Origin: the human T2T-CHM13v2.0 reference genome, Homo sapiens
Strand: one strand, 5' to 3'
Assembly: GCF_009914755.1 (NCBI RefSeq)
Contig: NC_060938.1
DNA: 64,000 nt
Shown: piece by piece, positions 41,700-55,058 of the stretch
Numbering within the stretch: the stretch's first letter is position 1
How the letters are laid out: every line of letters starts with the position of its first letter
The notes under the pieces: model-generated
The model's database searches: none
What the model saw: the letters and a program-made list of their open reading frames with translations, nothing else
What the model was told of the DNA's origin: nothing
Position numbers and translations under genes: made by a program

Positions 41700-41965
41700 A
41701 TCTATTGTATGGTTCAATTTCTATGAAGTTCAATGTCAAGCAAATGTAATTTATAAAGATAAAAGTAAGAACAGTGGTTGCCTATAGTAATGATTGGAGG
41801 TTCACAACAGAGACTCCTGGATTCTAGTAATACTCAATTCATATTCATGTAGGTTGTGATGACATTAGTATTTTACATTCTAAAAATGTTTAATGCTATA
41901 TGCTCAAGATCTGTGTCTTTTGCATGTGCATATCATATTTCATATTTCAATTAATAAATCAGTAA
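41700..41965 (+). mobile_element. L1ME-type 3' end fragment
   Basis: TGTATGGTTCAATTTCTATGAAGTTCAA...AAGTAAGAACAGTGGTTGCCT...AAGATCTGTG..ATATTTCAATTAATAAA. Confidence 0.6.
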
Positions 41966-44900
41966 AAAAAGTTCCAGTTCAGGATACAATACTGTAGAAC
42001 AATCCAAAATATTAATTTATTCCTAAAGTTTTTAAAATATTAGAATAAATACAGAGCATTTTGTTAAAACAATATGGTAAACCTAAATGTAAAAAAAAAT
42101 TAAATTGAGTTAGGAATTTCAAAAAGACATTTCATGTGCCTTTTCAACTTTCAATTTCGTATGAAAGTTGAAAAAACTTGAAATCAGTAAGTGTGCATGT
42201 ATATGTAAAACAAAATTACTGCATATAAAAACTTTTTTGAGGCATCTAGAAAATATTTAGCAGTGTGCCATAATTTAGAGGCACTTAAAAATGCTTTTTA
42301 GTGATACATAAAAAATTAATTAATGACACAGTCTATGAAAAACAAGTAGAGCAGCTTGAAATAATTCACATATTTTTCATGTAAAACTTTTAGGAGAAGT
42401 CCAGTGATGTCACGATAGCTCTACGATGTTGATTTATTTTGTTGCTTTTATATGCTTATTTTATATATAAAATAGCTGAAAGCAGCTATGAATTCTAAAG
42501 CATGGTAACAGGGGTAAAAGGTCACACACATTTCTTTTAGATGCTGCAAATATTGCTTCTGTTCACACGTTATCGTCCAAAAATTAGTTACATTGCCTCA
42601 TCAAAGTGCAAGGAGGCTGGTAAATGTACTTTAATTTGCTAAATGCCTTGCAAGATATAGGGATGTATATTGAGAAGACAAAGAATGGAAGTGAGAATTA
42701 CTTGTTATTTTGACTTCCAACTATCGGAGAACATTCCCAAAGAAATATCATACTAAATTTCTGCCTGAATAATTATTTCAGCATCTCTTTCATGGTCTTT
42801 GCTTAAGGGCAGTGCTTCCAGCTGAGGCTGCATACAGTCGCATATTCCATAGACTAACTGTCTAGGGTAATTCAGACTTATAACCTAAGTTTATGTTACA
42901 ACTTTTCTAACTTATGTTCCTTTGATGGAGTTTATCCTCATTGCCCCACCCCACAAATGGTTTACTAATATAGTCTAAAACAGAAACATTATTCTTTTTA
43001 TATTCTTTAATCTCCATTGAAATAAACACAATTTGTAGAATTAACTAATAGAAATTAATTGAAAAGAAGCATCTTTCTTTTATATGAACAATGACACAGT
43101 TCAAATTTATCTTGAAAACAGTTTTAAGCACAAGTAATTACCCTGAATATGTAAATAACCCATTTATAAGTAGGTCAATAGGAAAACATTTCAACAAATT
43201 TCAAACGTGATATCATTTCTAGATCTTATGAAATAATGGAACATGTTTTGGAAGATAAGAGAAGTTTACTTAGCCAATAATAACAGGTCTCAATCAATGA
43301 TTTTTTAACAGCTAGTTTATCCCTCGATATACCTTACTATATCCTATTTTTAGATATGGCATTTGAAAACCTCCAAGAATATAGAGATAATTTTAATTGA
43401 GCTATTATGGTTAGTATTTATTTTTAAGTTCTGAATTTTTTTAAAAAATTCAATATTCTATGGTATATTAACAAGATTGATTGGAATAATGCATTTTTTT
43501 TATGTAGTGGGTTGGTGATATGTTTTTCTTCTGAGAAAGAAGGCTGTTCATAATCTTAAATTATATTAGGTTTTAGAAACAAAGAAAATTGTGGGATTCC
43601 CTTAATGGCTTTCTTACACTTGAGTTCTAAAATATTTATCAATCTCAAATATATTTTGCATTATGTTGAAAAATGACTATTAATAGTTTCTGCTAAAAGG
43701 AATTATCAACTTTTTATGCATCACCATTTCAGAGTTGGGCTTATAAAAATATCAGTATCTGTCCTACATATATACCAATGTTTTTCAATTTTTAGTCAAT
43801 TAAGTATGTTTCATTGATTTTCTGCTGTGTGCGTAAAACTGTGCATGATGATATTATAGAAGGTACTGTGAAAAGGCTTAAAGCAGTATATTTAACCACT
43901 GCCTACCAGAATAGTACATAGAGAAGCAAACCTAATCTATAAGCAACAATGAGAGCGTGCTACAGATAACTTTTAATATTGTAAATATATATGATACAGA
44001 TTATAAAATCTTTATGAAATAATCTATAGAAGAGGTGAAATGGGTCTCTGCCAGGAGAATGCAAAGGCAGTAAAAAATTAAAAACCAAAATATTGAGAAT
44101 TATTTTGAGGAAAGTGTTAGTAGAATTTAATAATACATTTAATAGAAACATAAGATTAAAAATGCAAAGATGAATTCAAAGTTGCTTACATTCAAAAATA
44201 ACTCATTAAATGTACAGTATTTTAAGCACACTTTTGATCTATGAAGAGTATAAATATGAATAAGACATAGTTCTTTAGGCTAGACATAGAGAATATTTTT
44301 TGTACAGAAATAAAATCTAGAGTATGTAATATTAGGGGAAAGAAAATGCCTCATAGATGTCAATAAACTTTGTTCCCTCTATTTTTTTTTACTAGTTTCA
44401 TTTCCTGTAATAATTGTGGTAACAGTAATGCTGAAAAAATTAAACCTCCAACTCTTAAAACAATAAAAGTTATTTCTTGCTTAAATAATAGGAATGCTAT
44501 CTGTGATTTCCTGCAGGGTCATTCAAAGATTTATTATTTTCCCATCTGTGGTTTTGCCATCCTCAATACATAGCTCTTGGGGGTTTTCTGTGGATTGTTT
44601 TAATGTTAGCCAACCAGAGAGAATAAAAAGAGTGTTAAAAATTATTAATTGTGGGTCTATGTGACCCTGTAAGAAGGCTACATCACTACTATATACTTAG
44701 AACCTAAATTTCTATGCCAAAATATAGGCGAATATAGCAAATATTGTCCAAATTTACAAGGAAAGAGAAAATGAATTGCATATTCATCTTACAGTTTCTA
44801 ATAAAATCCCCAACATTGAACTTAAATGACTCTCCAGTTGTTCATTAGGAGCATATGCTGTTGGTTGACTGCCAGCATACATTATCTCACCTTTTCTTTC

Positions 44901-45337
44901 TAAGATAGAACATATTCAATATATCCAAGGCTTCCAAGGCTTCAGTACTTCTCTAAGTTTACTGTCTCGTCTTCAGATTCAGGTATGATGTGATTACTCT
45001 AAGTATAGCCTGATTCTTTGCCAAAAGTAAGAACAAAAATACACATATGACCCAATTCAGTACAAAGGCAAATCAGGGCAAATTACCTTAAGAGTTTTTA
45101 AGATAAATGTTTCTCTTGGTGTCTCTTTCTTGGTCTTCTGGGTAAGGTTGTATCTGAATATGTTGACCCTAAATGTCTGCAGACATTTTTGCAGAAATGT
45201 TAAGGGTAAAAGTGACACAGCCAATAGCAAAGAAGTGCCAGAAAATACGTAAGCAAACTGTGACCTCTTTTTACCTCTTGATTGACTTTTATGTTAAATA
45301 ATGAATTTACCTTATGCTTGAAAGAATTTGAAATAGT

Positions 45338-46688
45338 ATTTGGCAGTGAAGAATTTACTCCTCCCATATTTTCATTCAAGAGAAATTTCCAGGAGGAGGG
45401 TTGTTGGTGGGTTACCTCCAACTCAACCACTTCAGAGCTACTACAGTGGTAATGCATGTTGAAGAAAAGAGTCAAACTCTGTGAAATATTTGAAGAGATT
45501 TATTCTGAGGCAAATATGAGTGACCTCGGCCTGTCACACAGCCCAGGAGATCCTGAGAACATGTGCCAAGGTTGTTGGGCTACAGCTTGGATTTATACAT
45601 GTGAGGGAGACATAAGACATCAATCAGTACACCTAAGATATACATTGGTAAAATCGGGAAAGGCTAGACAACTCAAAGCAGGTGGGGGTGGGGTGGGTGA
45701 AGGCTTCCAGGTTAAAGGTGAATTCAAAGATTTTCTGATTGGCATTTGACAACTGGCTAAAATAATTTATCTAAAGACTGGAATCAATAGACAGGAGTGT
45801 ATGGGTTAAGATAAGGTGTTTTAGAGACCGAGGTTCTTATGCAGATGAAGCTTGCAGGTAGCAGGCTTCACTGAGAATAGATTGTAAATGATTTTTATCA
45901 GACATAAAAAGGAAAAAGGACTTGGAATCAGGAAAAATCAGGAAAAAGACTTGGAAAGAGAAGGGGATTCTCTACAAAATGGAGATTTTCCCCACAGAAA
46001 CAGCCTTGTAGGGCCATTTCAAAATATGTCAAAGAAATGTATTTTTGTAGTGAAATACTTTGATTTCTTTCAAGGCCTGCTATCTGTCATGTTGACATCT
46101 TATTGCTATGAAGGGTCTGTTTTGTCATTCTTAAGTCTCTACTTTACTGTTAACACTGTTCAGCTATGCATGAATTCCAAAAGGATGAAAGTAAATAACG
46201 AAGCATGTTCAACCACCCATTTCCATCATGGCCTCCATTACTGTTTCAGGTTTAGTTTAAAATGCCCTTGGCCAAGATAAAGGGCCCATTTAGTTGGTTA
46301 ACGGACATTGAATTTTATTTTTGGCTTACATGCAGGTGCCATGCTCTCCTTAGGTTGCTCCCTGCCAATGCTGAGCAAGGAAGATATTATAGGGCTTTTC
46401 ATTCTTGTCCCACATGGACTCATCTAAAGGTCAAAGTTCACTTTGGTGCTCTTCCAGTGTGGCTGACAATTTCTCAGATATGCACTCTTCTCTGAGGCTC
46501 CTCCTTTCCAATTATCTTTCATGCTCTCTCTTCTTTTGAGGTGCCAGGCTTGCATCATGATCTGGAGGCTCTTGCAGCCTCCTTTTGCTCTATCTTCTCT
46601 TTATTCTTCAAAGGTGTTTTCTCTGGTTACTCTCTTATATGTGTAATACCATCTTGGTGTCTGATTCTTGGGAAACCCAAACTGGCTT
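45338..46688 (+). mobile_element. LTR16 (LTR16C-like, ERVL) solo LTR split by a MER4 LTR
   Basis: LTR16-like pieces at 45338-45456 and 46331-46688 (GCCAATGCTGAGC, TCTGAGGCTC, CCATCTTGGTGTCTGATTCTTGGGAAACCCAAACT). Confidence 0.65.
45457..46330 (-). mobile_element. MER4 (MER4D/E-like) ERV1 solo LTR
   Basis: TGTTGAAGAAAAGAGTCAAACTCTGTGAAATATTTGAAGAGATTTATTCTGAG...AATTTTATTTTTGGCTTACA with perfect TSD TGCA (45453-45456 / 46331-46334). Confidence 0.9.
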
Positions 46689-46985
46689 ATAATTTTTCTT
46701 ACTTTCAGTAAAACCTTCTTTGCTGATGCATCATTCATTAATTCATTAAATGTATTGTGTTTTGTATGGGAAAACAATGATGCCAAAGTGTCTATAGCTA
46801 TATAGTCTGATATGTGCTATAATAAGAATTTGGAAAAAGTATTATTGGTTCACAAAGGCAGAAATTTAGGAGGTTAGATACATTTAAAGTAAAATTTGAT
46901 TAAAAAGTGTGAACTTAAATAGATTAAGATAACATGGGGTGTTTGTAAAATATATTAGTAAAATACAATGACATACCCAAAGTCC

Positions 46986-47431
46986 TGTTAAATCAAATTA
47001 AATATGGCCTGAGAAAAACGCCATACTTCTATATTTCAGTCCTTGTGAATGAATTGCAACCTAATTCAATAGGTACACAAGACTAAAACCTAACTTAGGA
47101 ATATGCACCTGTAACAATCGCTGAGTCTTGGCCAATTCCAGCAGCCATACTTCAACTAGTCGCATACAGCTGAGTGTTCAAATAAGGCAAGTGCCAAGCT
47201 GTAACCAATCCAGCTGTTTCTGTACCTCACTTCTGATTTCTATACATCACTTTACTTTGTATTGTCTATAAATTCATTCTGACCATGAGACACCCCTGGA
47301 GTCTCTCTGAATCTGCTGTGATTGTGGGGGCTTTCCAATTTATGAATCATTCATCACTCAATTAAACTGTAAATTTATTTTGGCTGAAGGTGTTTTTTGT
47401 TTTTTTTTTTTGTTTGTTTGTTTTTTTAGCA
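46986..47431 (+). mobile_element. MER57 (B-like) ERV1 solo LTR
   Basis: TGTTAAATCAAATTAAATATGGCCTGAGAA...CCTAACTTAGGAATATGCACCTGTAACAAT..GCTGAGTCTTGGCCAAT with perfect TSD GTCC (46982-46985 / 47432-47435). T-rich expansion near the 3' end. Confidence 0.9.
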
Positions 47432-49499
47432 GTCCTCACCATAATGATCCATACACGTAAGTGTCTAATATAATCTTTCTAGCTTTCCTTTTTGGTTGTG
47501 TTTAGTCATACTGTTGCTGATTCAGCTTTGTATAAAATGTCAGAGCAAAATGGCTATCAATAATATAGAGATCTGCAAGAATTCCCACACAGGTGAAATA
47601 TGCATGGTGGAAAGAGGCAATTCTTAAGGCAAAGAGCCAAGCATGTACCAAACACCAATGCCCTTGTATACCAAAGCTAAAGATTCTACAATTTGCCAAA
47701 GATAAGAATGTACCTTTCACAACAGCAAGGACCTCATATATTGTCTTATTATATATCCCTAAAATCTAGCACAGTGTTGAATAAGAGGAAGTAGAAATAA
47801 TTTTGAGAAGGAATTAAACATGTATTTGTAGAAGTCAAGTCTTACCCATTGAAAAAATATCTCCCCCATATTTGTAATTCATTAAATTGTTTGGAAGGGA
47901 AAAGAAACCAAAGGGAATACTCCATAGAGAAAGTTGTTTCAGAAATTATGTAAATTTATTCTAATAACTAAGAAATAGTGAAAATGTATTAGAAAGGTTA
48001 GGTAGAGGCACATTTCAGATTTAGACTAAGGTGCAAATGGCTTTCTACTTAATGATAGAGAAAAGCATAAATAAAAGTACATTGTATACATGAAATGGTT
48101 TTGTTTGAATTGGGTATAGAATATCAAATGAGAAATATATAGTAAGGAATTGAATATACGGAAATACAGATATAGATGGCCAGAGCACCTACTTGTAGCT
48201 CTTGATAGCAGAATTATCAGTCAACTGAAAAGATATTTTAAGACCTCCAAGAATAAGTAGATAATTTCTATTCTGTATTTTGTTAATGAAAGAAAACCAG
48301 GGTAATAACTGCTTGAATTTTCATCACTAGCATGTTTCCTACATACATAAACATAGTGAGTAGTGAGTATATTCACATATAAAGTAACAAAGAATTATAG
48401 TAAACCCCAACATCCAATCGGGAAAAATGTTGTAACTCTATATATTCATTAAATTGTTCACAAACTGACATCTTTTAGCATATATTATGGTTTCCTTTAG
48501 CTTGTTAAAGAGCATGGACTCATGACTAAAACATAAGAACACCCAATGAAGTTCAACTAAATCAATTCAACTATGAAAAATAAAATGACTAGTGATCATC
48601 TCTTTATTATTATTGAAAGAATAACTTACAAGTAAAAACATTCAATTTTTGAAAACAGCTTTGTATTTATTGAATTTATGCATATAACGTTAGTTGCATT
48701 TCAAAATAAAATGGCTGCCTTAAAAGTGATGCAAAATTACATATTTATACATTCTCTGAATTAAGCAGGATTAATTGAAAAGTGGTTATGAAGGCATGAC
48801 TGCAAGCTACAAATTGAGCCTATTTTTAGTAACTTGCTCTAGCTGAGATGTTATATGTTCAGATTTGTTGACACGAAGCTTTATTGAGAAGCATTACTTA
48901 TTCCCAATAACTCAAGGAGGAGCCTGTTTTGGGAGGAAAAACCACATCAAGTATGTTTTGTTGAATCAAGAGGATTTTATTTTTAGAAAACTACTAATGA
49001 TTTTTTCTGAAAACGTGACTATTTTGAAATCTAAGAAAAATCAAATATTTGATACTTAACATAATTTGCAACTTGACATAAAACTACTCAGTTTAGTTGG
49101 TCATAATATACTCATTCCTAACTTATTCCACTTTACAAAAAAAGTAAAAGAAAAGAATAAATAAATAAGTAAGGAAAGAGAAACAAACAAACAAAAAACA
49201 TTGGAAACGGACTAGGTAAAAATTTATAGAATCAAGGATTAATTTCCACCAATTATGGCATGAATAAAACCAATCAACTAAAATATATTTTAAAAATCAA
49301 GAAGATAGTAGGAAAACAGCCTCTGAGGACCCCTGGAACAGTAATTAGGCGGGCACTCTGTGCCTGTTGGACATTACCATTTTCTTTAATGTTTGTATGA
49401 AACGACGCCAATTTATCTTTAAGCAATTTATCTTTAAGTTGTAAAGTGATGCAAACAGCTGTCATGTAACAATCACCAAGAGAGGACCCATTCTAGTTC

Positions 49500-50690
49500 A
49501 CAAACTGCCCTGATGCTTTTTATAAAAAACAATCCACTTCAGGATAATGTGTTGTTCCTGGTTCCTATGTCTCTTTAACTTCTTTAAATCAGAAGCATTC
49601 CATAGTCCTTCTTCAACCTTCATAGCATCCTAAACATTTTTTGAAGGTAATATTCCAATGGATTCTATTTTTAGAATGTCTCCCAATTTCGATTTGTCTG
49701 GTGTTTTCTCATAATGAGATGTCAAGACATGCATTATTGGCAATAAAATCACCAACATGATGCTATGCTCTTCTTATCATATTTCTTCAGGTTATATATG
49801 AAATTAATTTTTCCCATCAGTGGTGATTTTAATTTTGATCATTTGAAAGGTAATGTCTTCCAGATTTCTCTATTGCAGAGGTACTCCTCATTTTCTTTAT
49901 ATTAATATAACATGACATAAAATGATATTTTATATATAGACTATCTATTGTATACATGTATATATACATGTAATTAATCTAAAATTAAGTGTTTTGTGGA
50001 GAGATACTTTGAGACTGTGAAAATATCCTATTTCTTCTCCAACATTTACCCACTAGGTTTAGCATCCATTGATGCCTCAACACTCAATCAAATACAATGT
50101 GAAGATTTTCAAATGATAATTTTTTAACATACAATATCAACCCTTTTCCTTTTATTGGTTGGCACTCTGTGGGAAAAAAATAGTGTTTCCTTCTTTTATT
50201 CATTCATTAATTCATGGATTTATCTCACGTGGACCCATGGATTCCTATTTCTTTCAGTGGCCCATGATCTGTTCCTTTACTTATTTTATTGATTCAGTTT
50301 TGCTAATTTTGCTAGTAGGAACTATTCAAGTTTCTCAGCTCTTTTAACATGTCTTTCTTAGCATTTGAGCACTCCCTTATTTTCCTTGTTTTTTTTTTTC
50401 TCAGATTATGAATGGTCATTGCAAATCTATCAAAATATACTGGATTTCTGTATATTATTATTATGTCCTGTGATCTACATAAACACACAATTTTACTAAC
50501 TTTTTTGCAAATATCTTCTTTATTTTCTGCACAGAATATAATATCTGTGAAGAAAGACATCTTTCTTTCTAAATTGTATGTATTCTTACCTCTCTCAATG
50601 CATTGCTAAGACATGTAGTATAAGCTTCAAAAGAATGTATCAGAGCAAGCATGCTTGTCTTTTTCTAGGTATCAGGGCAAAAATATTCAG
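49500..50690 (-). mobile_element. Ancient L1M (L1MC-like) fragments
   Basis: TTTTAGAATGTCTCCCAATTT.GATTTGTCTGGTGTTTTCTCAT...TTTGTGGAGAGATACTTTGAGACTGTG motifs. Confidence 0.55.
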
Positions 50691-51389
50691 TCACCTTAAT
50701 GTTATTGGAAAGTTAAGGTACATAGTATAAACCTTAGAGCACCTAACAGGACAAAATAAGCAAAAACATATGACTAATAATCTTATTAGTTGAAATAAAA
50801 TAAAATTCAAAATTAAACACTTAATCCAAGATAAAGCATCAAAAGTGGAAAATAGTAATAAAGAACAGATTAATTTTTATGGAAAATAAATTTTATGATA
50901 GTAGATTTAAGGCCAAAATATAGATAACAATATTAAATATAAGTAGTCTAAAACTACTATTTAAAGTAAGAATTTTAAGACTAAATTTAAAAAGTAATGT
51001 TAAATCAATATAAAGACAAAGATTGGTCAGAAAAAATAGGTTGAAGATAGCTGTACTTCGCCATGATACAGTAAGAGGAACTAAACTAAATTCTTTACAA
51101 AACAAACAAACAAAAAACAAAAACACATACACAAATAAAAACTAACTGCAGACAAAAATTTTTAATCATTGACAAGAAGCTGAGGATGCTGATCCCTGAC
51201 AAAAGAAAAAATAAAATCTGACTTATCCCAAGCTTTCTCTCAGTTTCCAGAAGACACAGTGAAAGGATTATCCAAAGAAAGGATAACTCTCCCTGTATAT
51301 TGAGAAATTGAAGATTGGGGCTTAGAAAGGAAAATTTAGCTAGAATTGCAGAGCTAAATAGAAGAGAGAGAGCATTTGCACAGAGATGG

Positions 51390-51737
51390 TGATATGGTAT
51401 GGCTTTATCCCCACCTACATCTCATCTTGAATTCCCATGTGTTGTGGGAGGGACCAGGTGGGAGATAATTGAATCATGGTGGCAGGCCATCCCATCCTCA
51501 TGATAGTGAATAAGTTCCACAAGATCTTATGGTTAAAGAAGAGGGAGTTTTTCTGAACAAGCTCTCTCTTTGCCTGCCACCATCCATGTAAGATGTGACT
51601 TGCTCTTCCTGGCCATCTGCCATGATTGTGAGGTTTCCCCAGCCATGTGGAAACATAAGTCCATTAAACCTCTTTCTTTTGTAAATTTCCCAGGCTGGGG
51701 TATGTCTTTATCAGTAGCATAAAAATGGATGAATACA
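51390..51737 (+). mobile_element. THE1 (THE1A-like) solo LTR
   Basis: TGATATGGTATGGCT...CTCATCTTGAATTCCCATGTGTTGTGGGAGGGACC...TGGATGAATACA. No matching TSD. Confidence 0.93.
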
Positions 51738-51749
51738 GGAATATAGGAA

Positions 51750-52590
51750 GTGTCTGCTTTTTCCTGGCTTTTATCTTTGCCTGTAACATTCCACCCCAGA
51801 GACTCACATGGCTTCTCCTTTCTCTTCAAGTCTTGCTAATCATTCCTTGTTGATTCCTTAAAATCAACACATATAAATGTGTATCCCTTTCTTAAGCAAG
51901 AGATCCCTTTCGTCTTTTACCTTTCTGTATTTGTTAGTAGAATTAACCATCTGCTAGTATACTATAAAATTTACTTATGTATTATATATATTATCTATTC
52001 TAGTGATATGATTTAGCTCCATTCCCACACAAAATCTCATCTTGAATTATAATCAGATTTATAATCCCCATGTGTTGGGGGAGGGATCTCCGGGAGGTGA
52101 TTAGATCATGGGGTGGTTCTCCCATGTTGTTCTCATGATAGTGAGTGAGTTCTCATGAGATTTGGTGGTTTTATAAAAAGCTTTTACCCCCTTCACTCTG
52201 CACTTTTCCTTCCTGCCACAATGTGCAGAAGGACATGGTTTGCTTCCCCTTCTGGCATGACTGTAAGTTTTCTGAGGCCTCCCCAGACCTGCAGAATTCT
52301 GAGTCAATTAAGCCTCTTTCCTTTATATATTAACCAGCATCTAGCAGCTCTTTATAGCAGTGTGAGAATGTACCAATACAACAAGTGAACAGGTATTTTT
52401 GCTTATTGTCCATTGTCAAAACCACTTATTTATTTTTACATTGTCTATCTTCTATGGTTTGTTACTTCCAACAATAAGGTAATCAAGGGTCAAAATTTTT
52501 TGTTTATTCAGTAAAATGTTCTCAGTGAATTGGGCATTGGGTGGCACAGAGTATTTAATGTGTCTATTAATTTTGTATATAAATGAATAA
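51750..52590 (+). mobile_element. L2 3' end interrupted by a MaLR LTR
   Basis: TTTGCCTGTAACATTCCACCCCAGA..CACATGGCTTCTCCTTTC..TTCAAGTCT, ending TGGCACAGAGTA...AAATGAATAAAT. Confidence 0.6.
52004..52380 (+). mobile_element. THE1D/MSTA-like MaLR solo LTR
   Basis: TGATATGATTTAGCTCC...AAATCTCATCTTGAATT...TTTATAGCAGTGTGAGAATGTACCAATACA. Diverged TSD TCTAG/ACAAG. Confidence 0.88.
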
Positions 52591-55058
52591 ATTTTCTAAA
52601 TTTTCCTAATAATGTTAATAGAAGACCTAAAAAGTATAATCAGTAAATTAGTTGTATTTTGAAGAAAAAAAATTAATCTATGTAACAAATTATTGTAAAA
52701 ATTCTCAGGATATACACTTGAGTAATAATCACTGTAACATTTACCTATTTAAAAAGAATGAAATGTAACAGTGAAGGCATCTGAGTCTGGAATTTGTTTC
52801 CCCTAAGAAGGTATTAAATTAAAATTCAGTATCTTTAACAAATCTAAAGATATGAAGAAATTTTATTTATTCTAGAGTAATTGTAAAGATTATTTTGCTA
52901 ACCATACAATTTATTCAACCATTATCAAATTTATTGGCATAAAGTTTTTATAATTTAAGTTATTATCATTTTGATATTTGTAGTATCTTTACAACACCCA
53001 CCATCTTCCCAACCTTGCCCACTTTATTTCCTGAAAGTGGTTGCTGACAGATTTCTGTCTTGTATCTTTCTCAGACTATCGAGAATTTAATTCAGTTTAT
53101 TCCTTTTATCAAAGAATCAGTTTTAAATTTCATCTTTTCCTTTTGTATTTCTGTTATGTCTTTATAAAATTTTAGTTTTTCTCTATATTTTACTTTCTAC
53201 TTCTTGTTTAATTTGGTTTTCTTTTCACTTTTTCAGGTAGACATTTGTGTCATTAATTTTAGACATTTCTCCTTTTTCTAATACAAACATTAAAAACTTC
53301 GTATTTCTCCAAAGGATTCCTGAAGTTGTAGTGTTTTTATTTTTATCCAGACCAAAATACTTTCTAATTTATCTTTTGATTTACTATTTGCTTCAAGGCA
53401 TCATTAGAAGTTTATTATATCTAAATATTTGGGGATTTCATTGTAGTTTTGGTTTTGTTTTTTATTTTAAATTTAATTCTATTGGATCAGAGAACATACT
53501 CTCCAAGATCTAATCCTGTTAAATTTGTTGAAACTTTATTATTTGTTGCCTAACATGTGATGAATGTTAGTGCATGTGGAAAATAAAATAAGTTTTTGCT
53601 GGTGATGAGTATAATATTCCATGCATCCTAGAACTTGTTAGGTTATAATGTCATTAAATTTGTAGATATTTTCTTTAAAATTTTTTATTTACTTGTTTAA
53701 TAATATCAGAAAATAGTTTTCAAATCTTTAAATATATTGTGGATTTGTATATTTTTCTTCTCAATTCCGTAAGTTTTTGGCTTGAGTATTTTAAATGCAG
53801 AATTGTTTGTTAATGTGTGAAAAAACATTTTGCATTATCAGGTTCTCTTGATGAATTGGACCAATTATATTGATCTTTATCCTGCTAAAAATATTTCTTG
53901 ATTTGTGGCCCATTTTGTCTGATATTAATAGAAGTCTTCAGTTTTTATATACTTAGTATTTATACCATAGAAACACTGCCATCCTCTTATCTTAAAAGGT
54001 TCCAGAAATTTGAACTTTCATGTAAAATATTTTCAATATTAATTTATAATATTTTATAACATTACATAGAAATTTTGAAAAAATATTTGTTATTTATATA
54101 AAAAGCCTACTGAGATCTGGACTGATATTGCAATTAATCTAGAAATCAATTTAGTAGAACTACCTTCTTAACACTACAAAGCATTCAAATTATTGAACTT
54201 GGTTTATCTCTCCATTTATTTAGGTCTGCCTTAATGTCTCTCAGCACTGTATTGCAGTTTTCTAAGTATCGAACAGAATGGTTCATAGTGGATATTTTTG
54301 CATTCTTTCTTATAGTAGGAGGAACCATTTGGTATTTCACTATATTAACTATTTTTATATATGTTTATTACTTTTGAAATAATTTGTTTCTCTTGCCTAC
54401 TTTTCTGTAAGTCTTTATTATGAATATGTGTAAAATGTCATCAAATGCTTTTCTACTTTTAATAAAATAATCCTATACAAATTTTTTAAATCAAAATGTA
54501 GGTCTGTAGTTTTCTGTTAATCTCTACCTATTTTTTTCCTTTATGGGTAATCTGTACCTCATATAATGTACTGTTAGGGTTGCTTCTTCTTTTATTTCTG
54601 AAAGACTTTGCATAGAATTGTTACTATTTATTCTTTAAACATTGTGAGAATACAAGAGTGAAACCTTCCTGACCTGGAATTATTTTGCGTGTGAGTTTCA
54701 AATTATAGATTTAATGTATTTAATAGATGCAGGATTATTCATGGTGTCTCTTTATTTTTAAGTGAATTTTGTAACCTCTTTTCTCTCAAGTAATGTGTCC
54801 GTTTACCAAACTTTTAAAATGTATTTGCATAAAGTTTAAACATTGTGTGCTTACTATCATTTTATAACTATAGTATAATTAGTGACAGTCTTTCATTACT
54901 GGCTTTAGTATTTAGTATTTTTTTCTCTTTTTTGTTGAGTATAGCTAGAATTTTTTCATTTTTTAATAAATTAGCTTTTTATTTTATTGATATTCCATTT
55001 TGGTGTTCTTTCAATTTTTATTGATTTTTGTTCTTATATGTATTTTATTATTTCTTTT

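Noticed and set aside
42380-45320. Additional very old MLT1J/K- and LTR33-like fragments (and L2-like pieces near 6160-6420 and 10580-11080)
   Set aside because: Resemblance was noticed, but the sequence is too degenerate to assign family or boundaries without a profile search.
49953-49972. 20-bp palindrome TACATGTATATATACATGTA
   Set aside because: A by-product of alternating purine-pyrimidine (TA/CA) low-complexity sequence.
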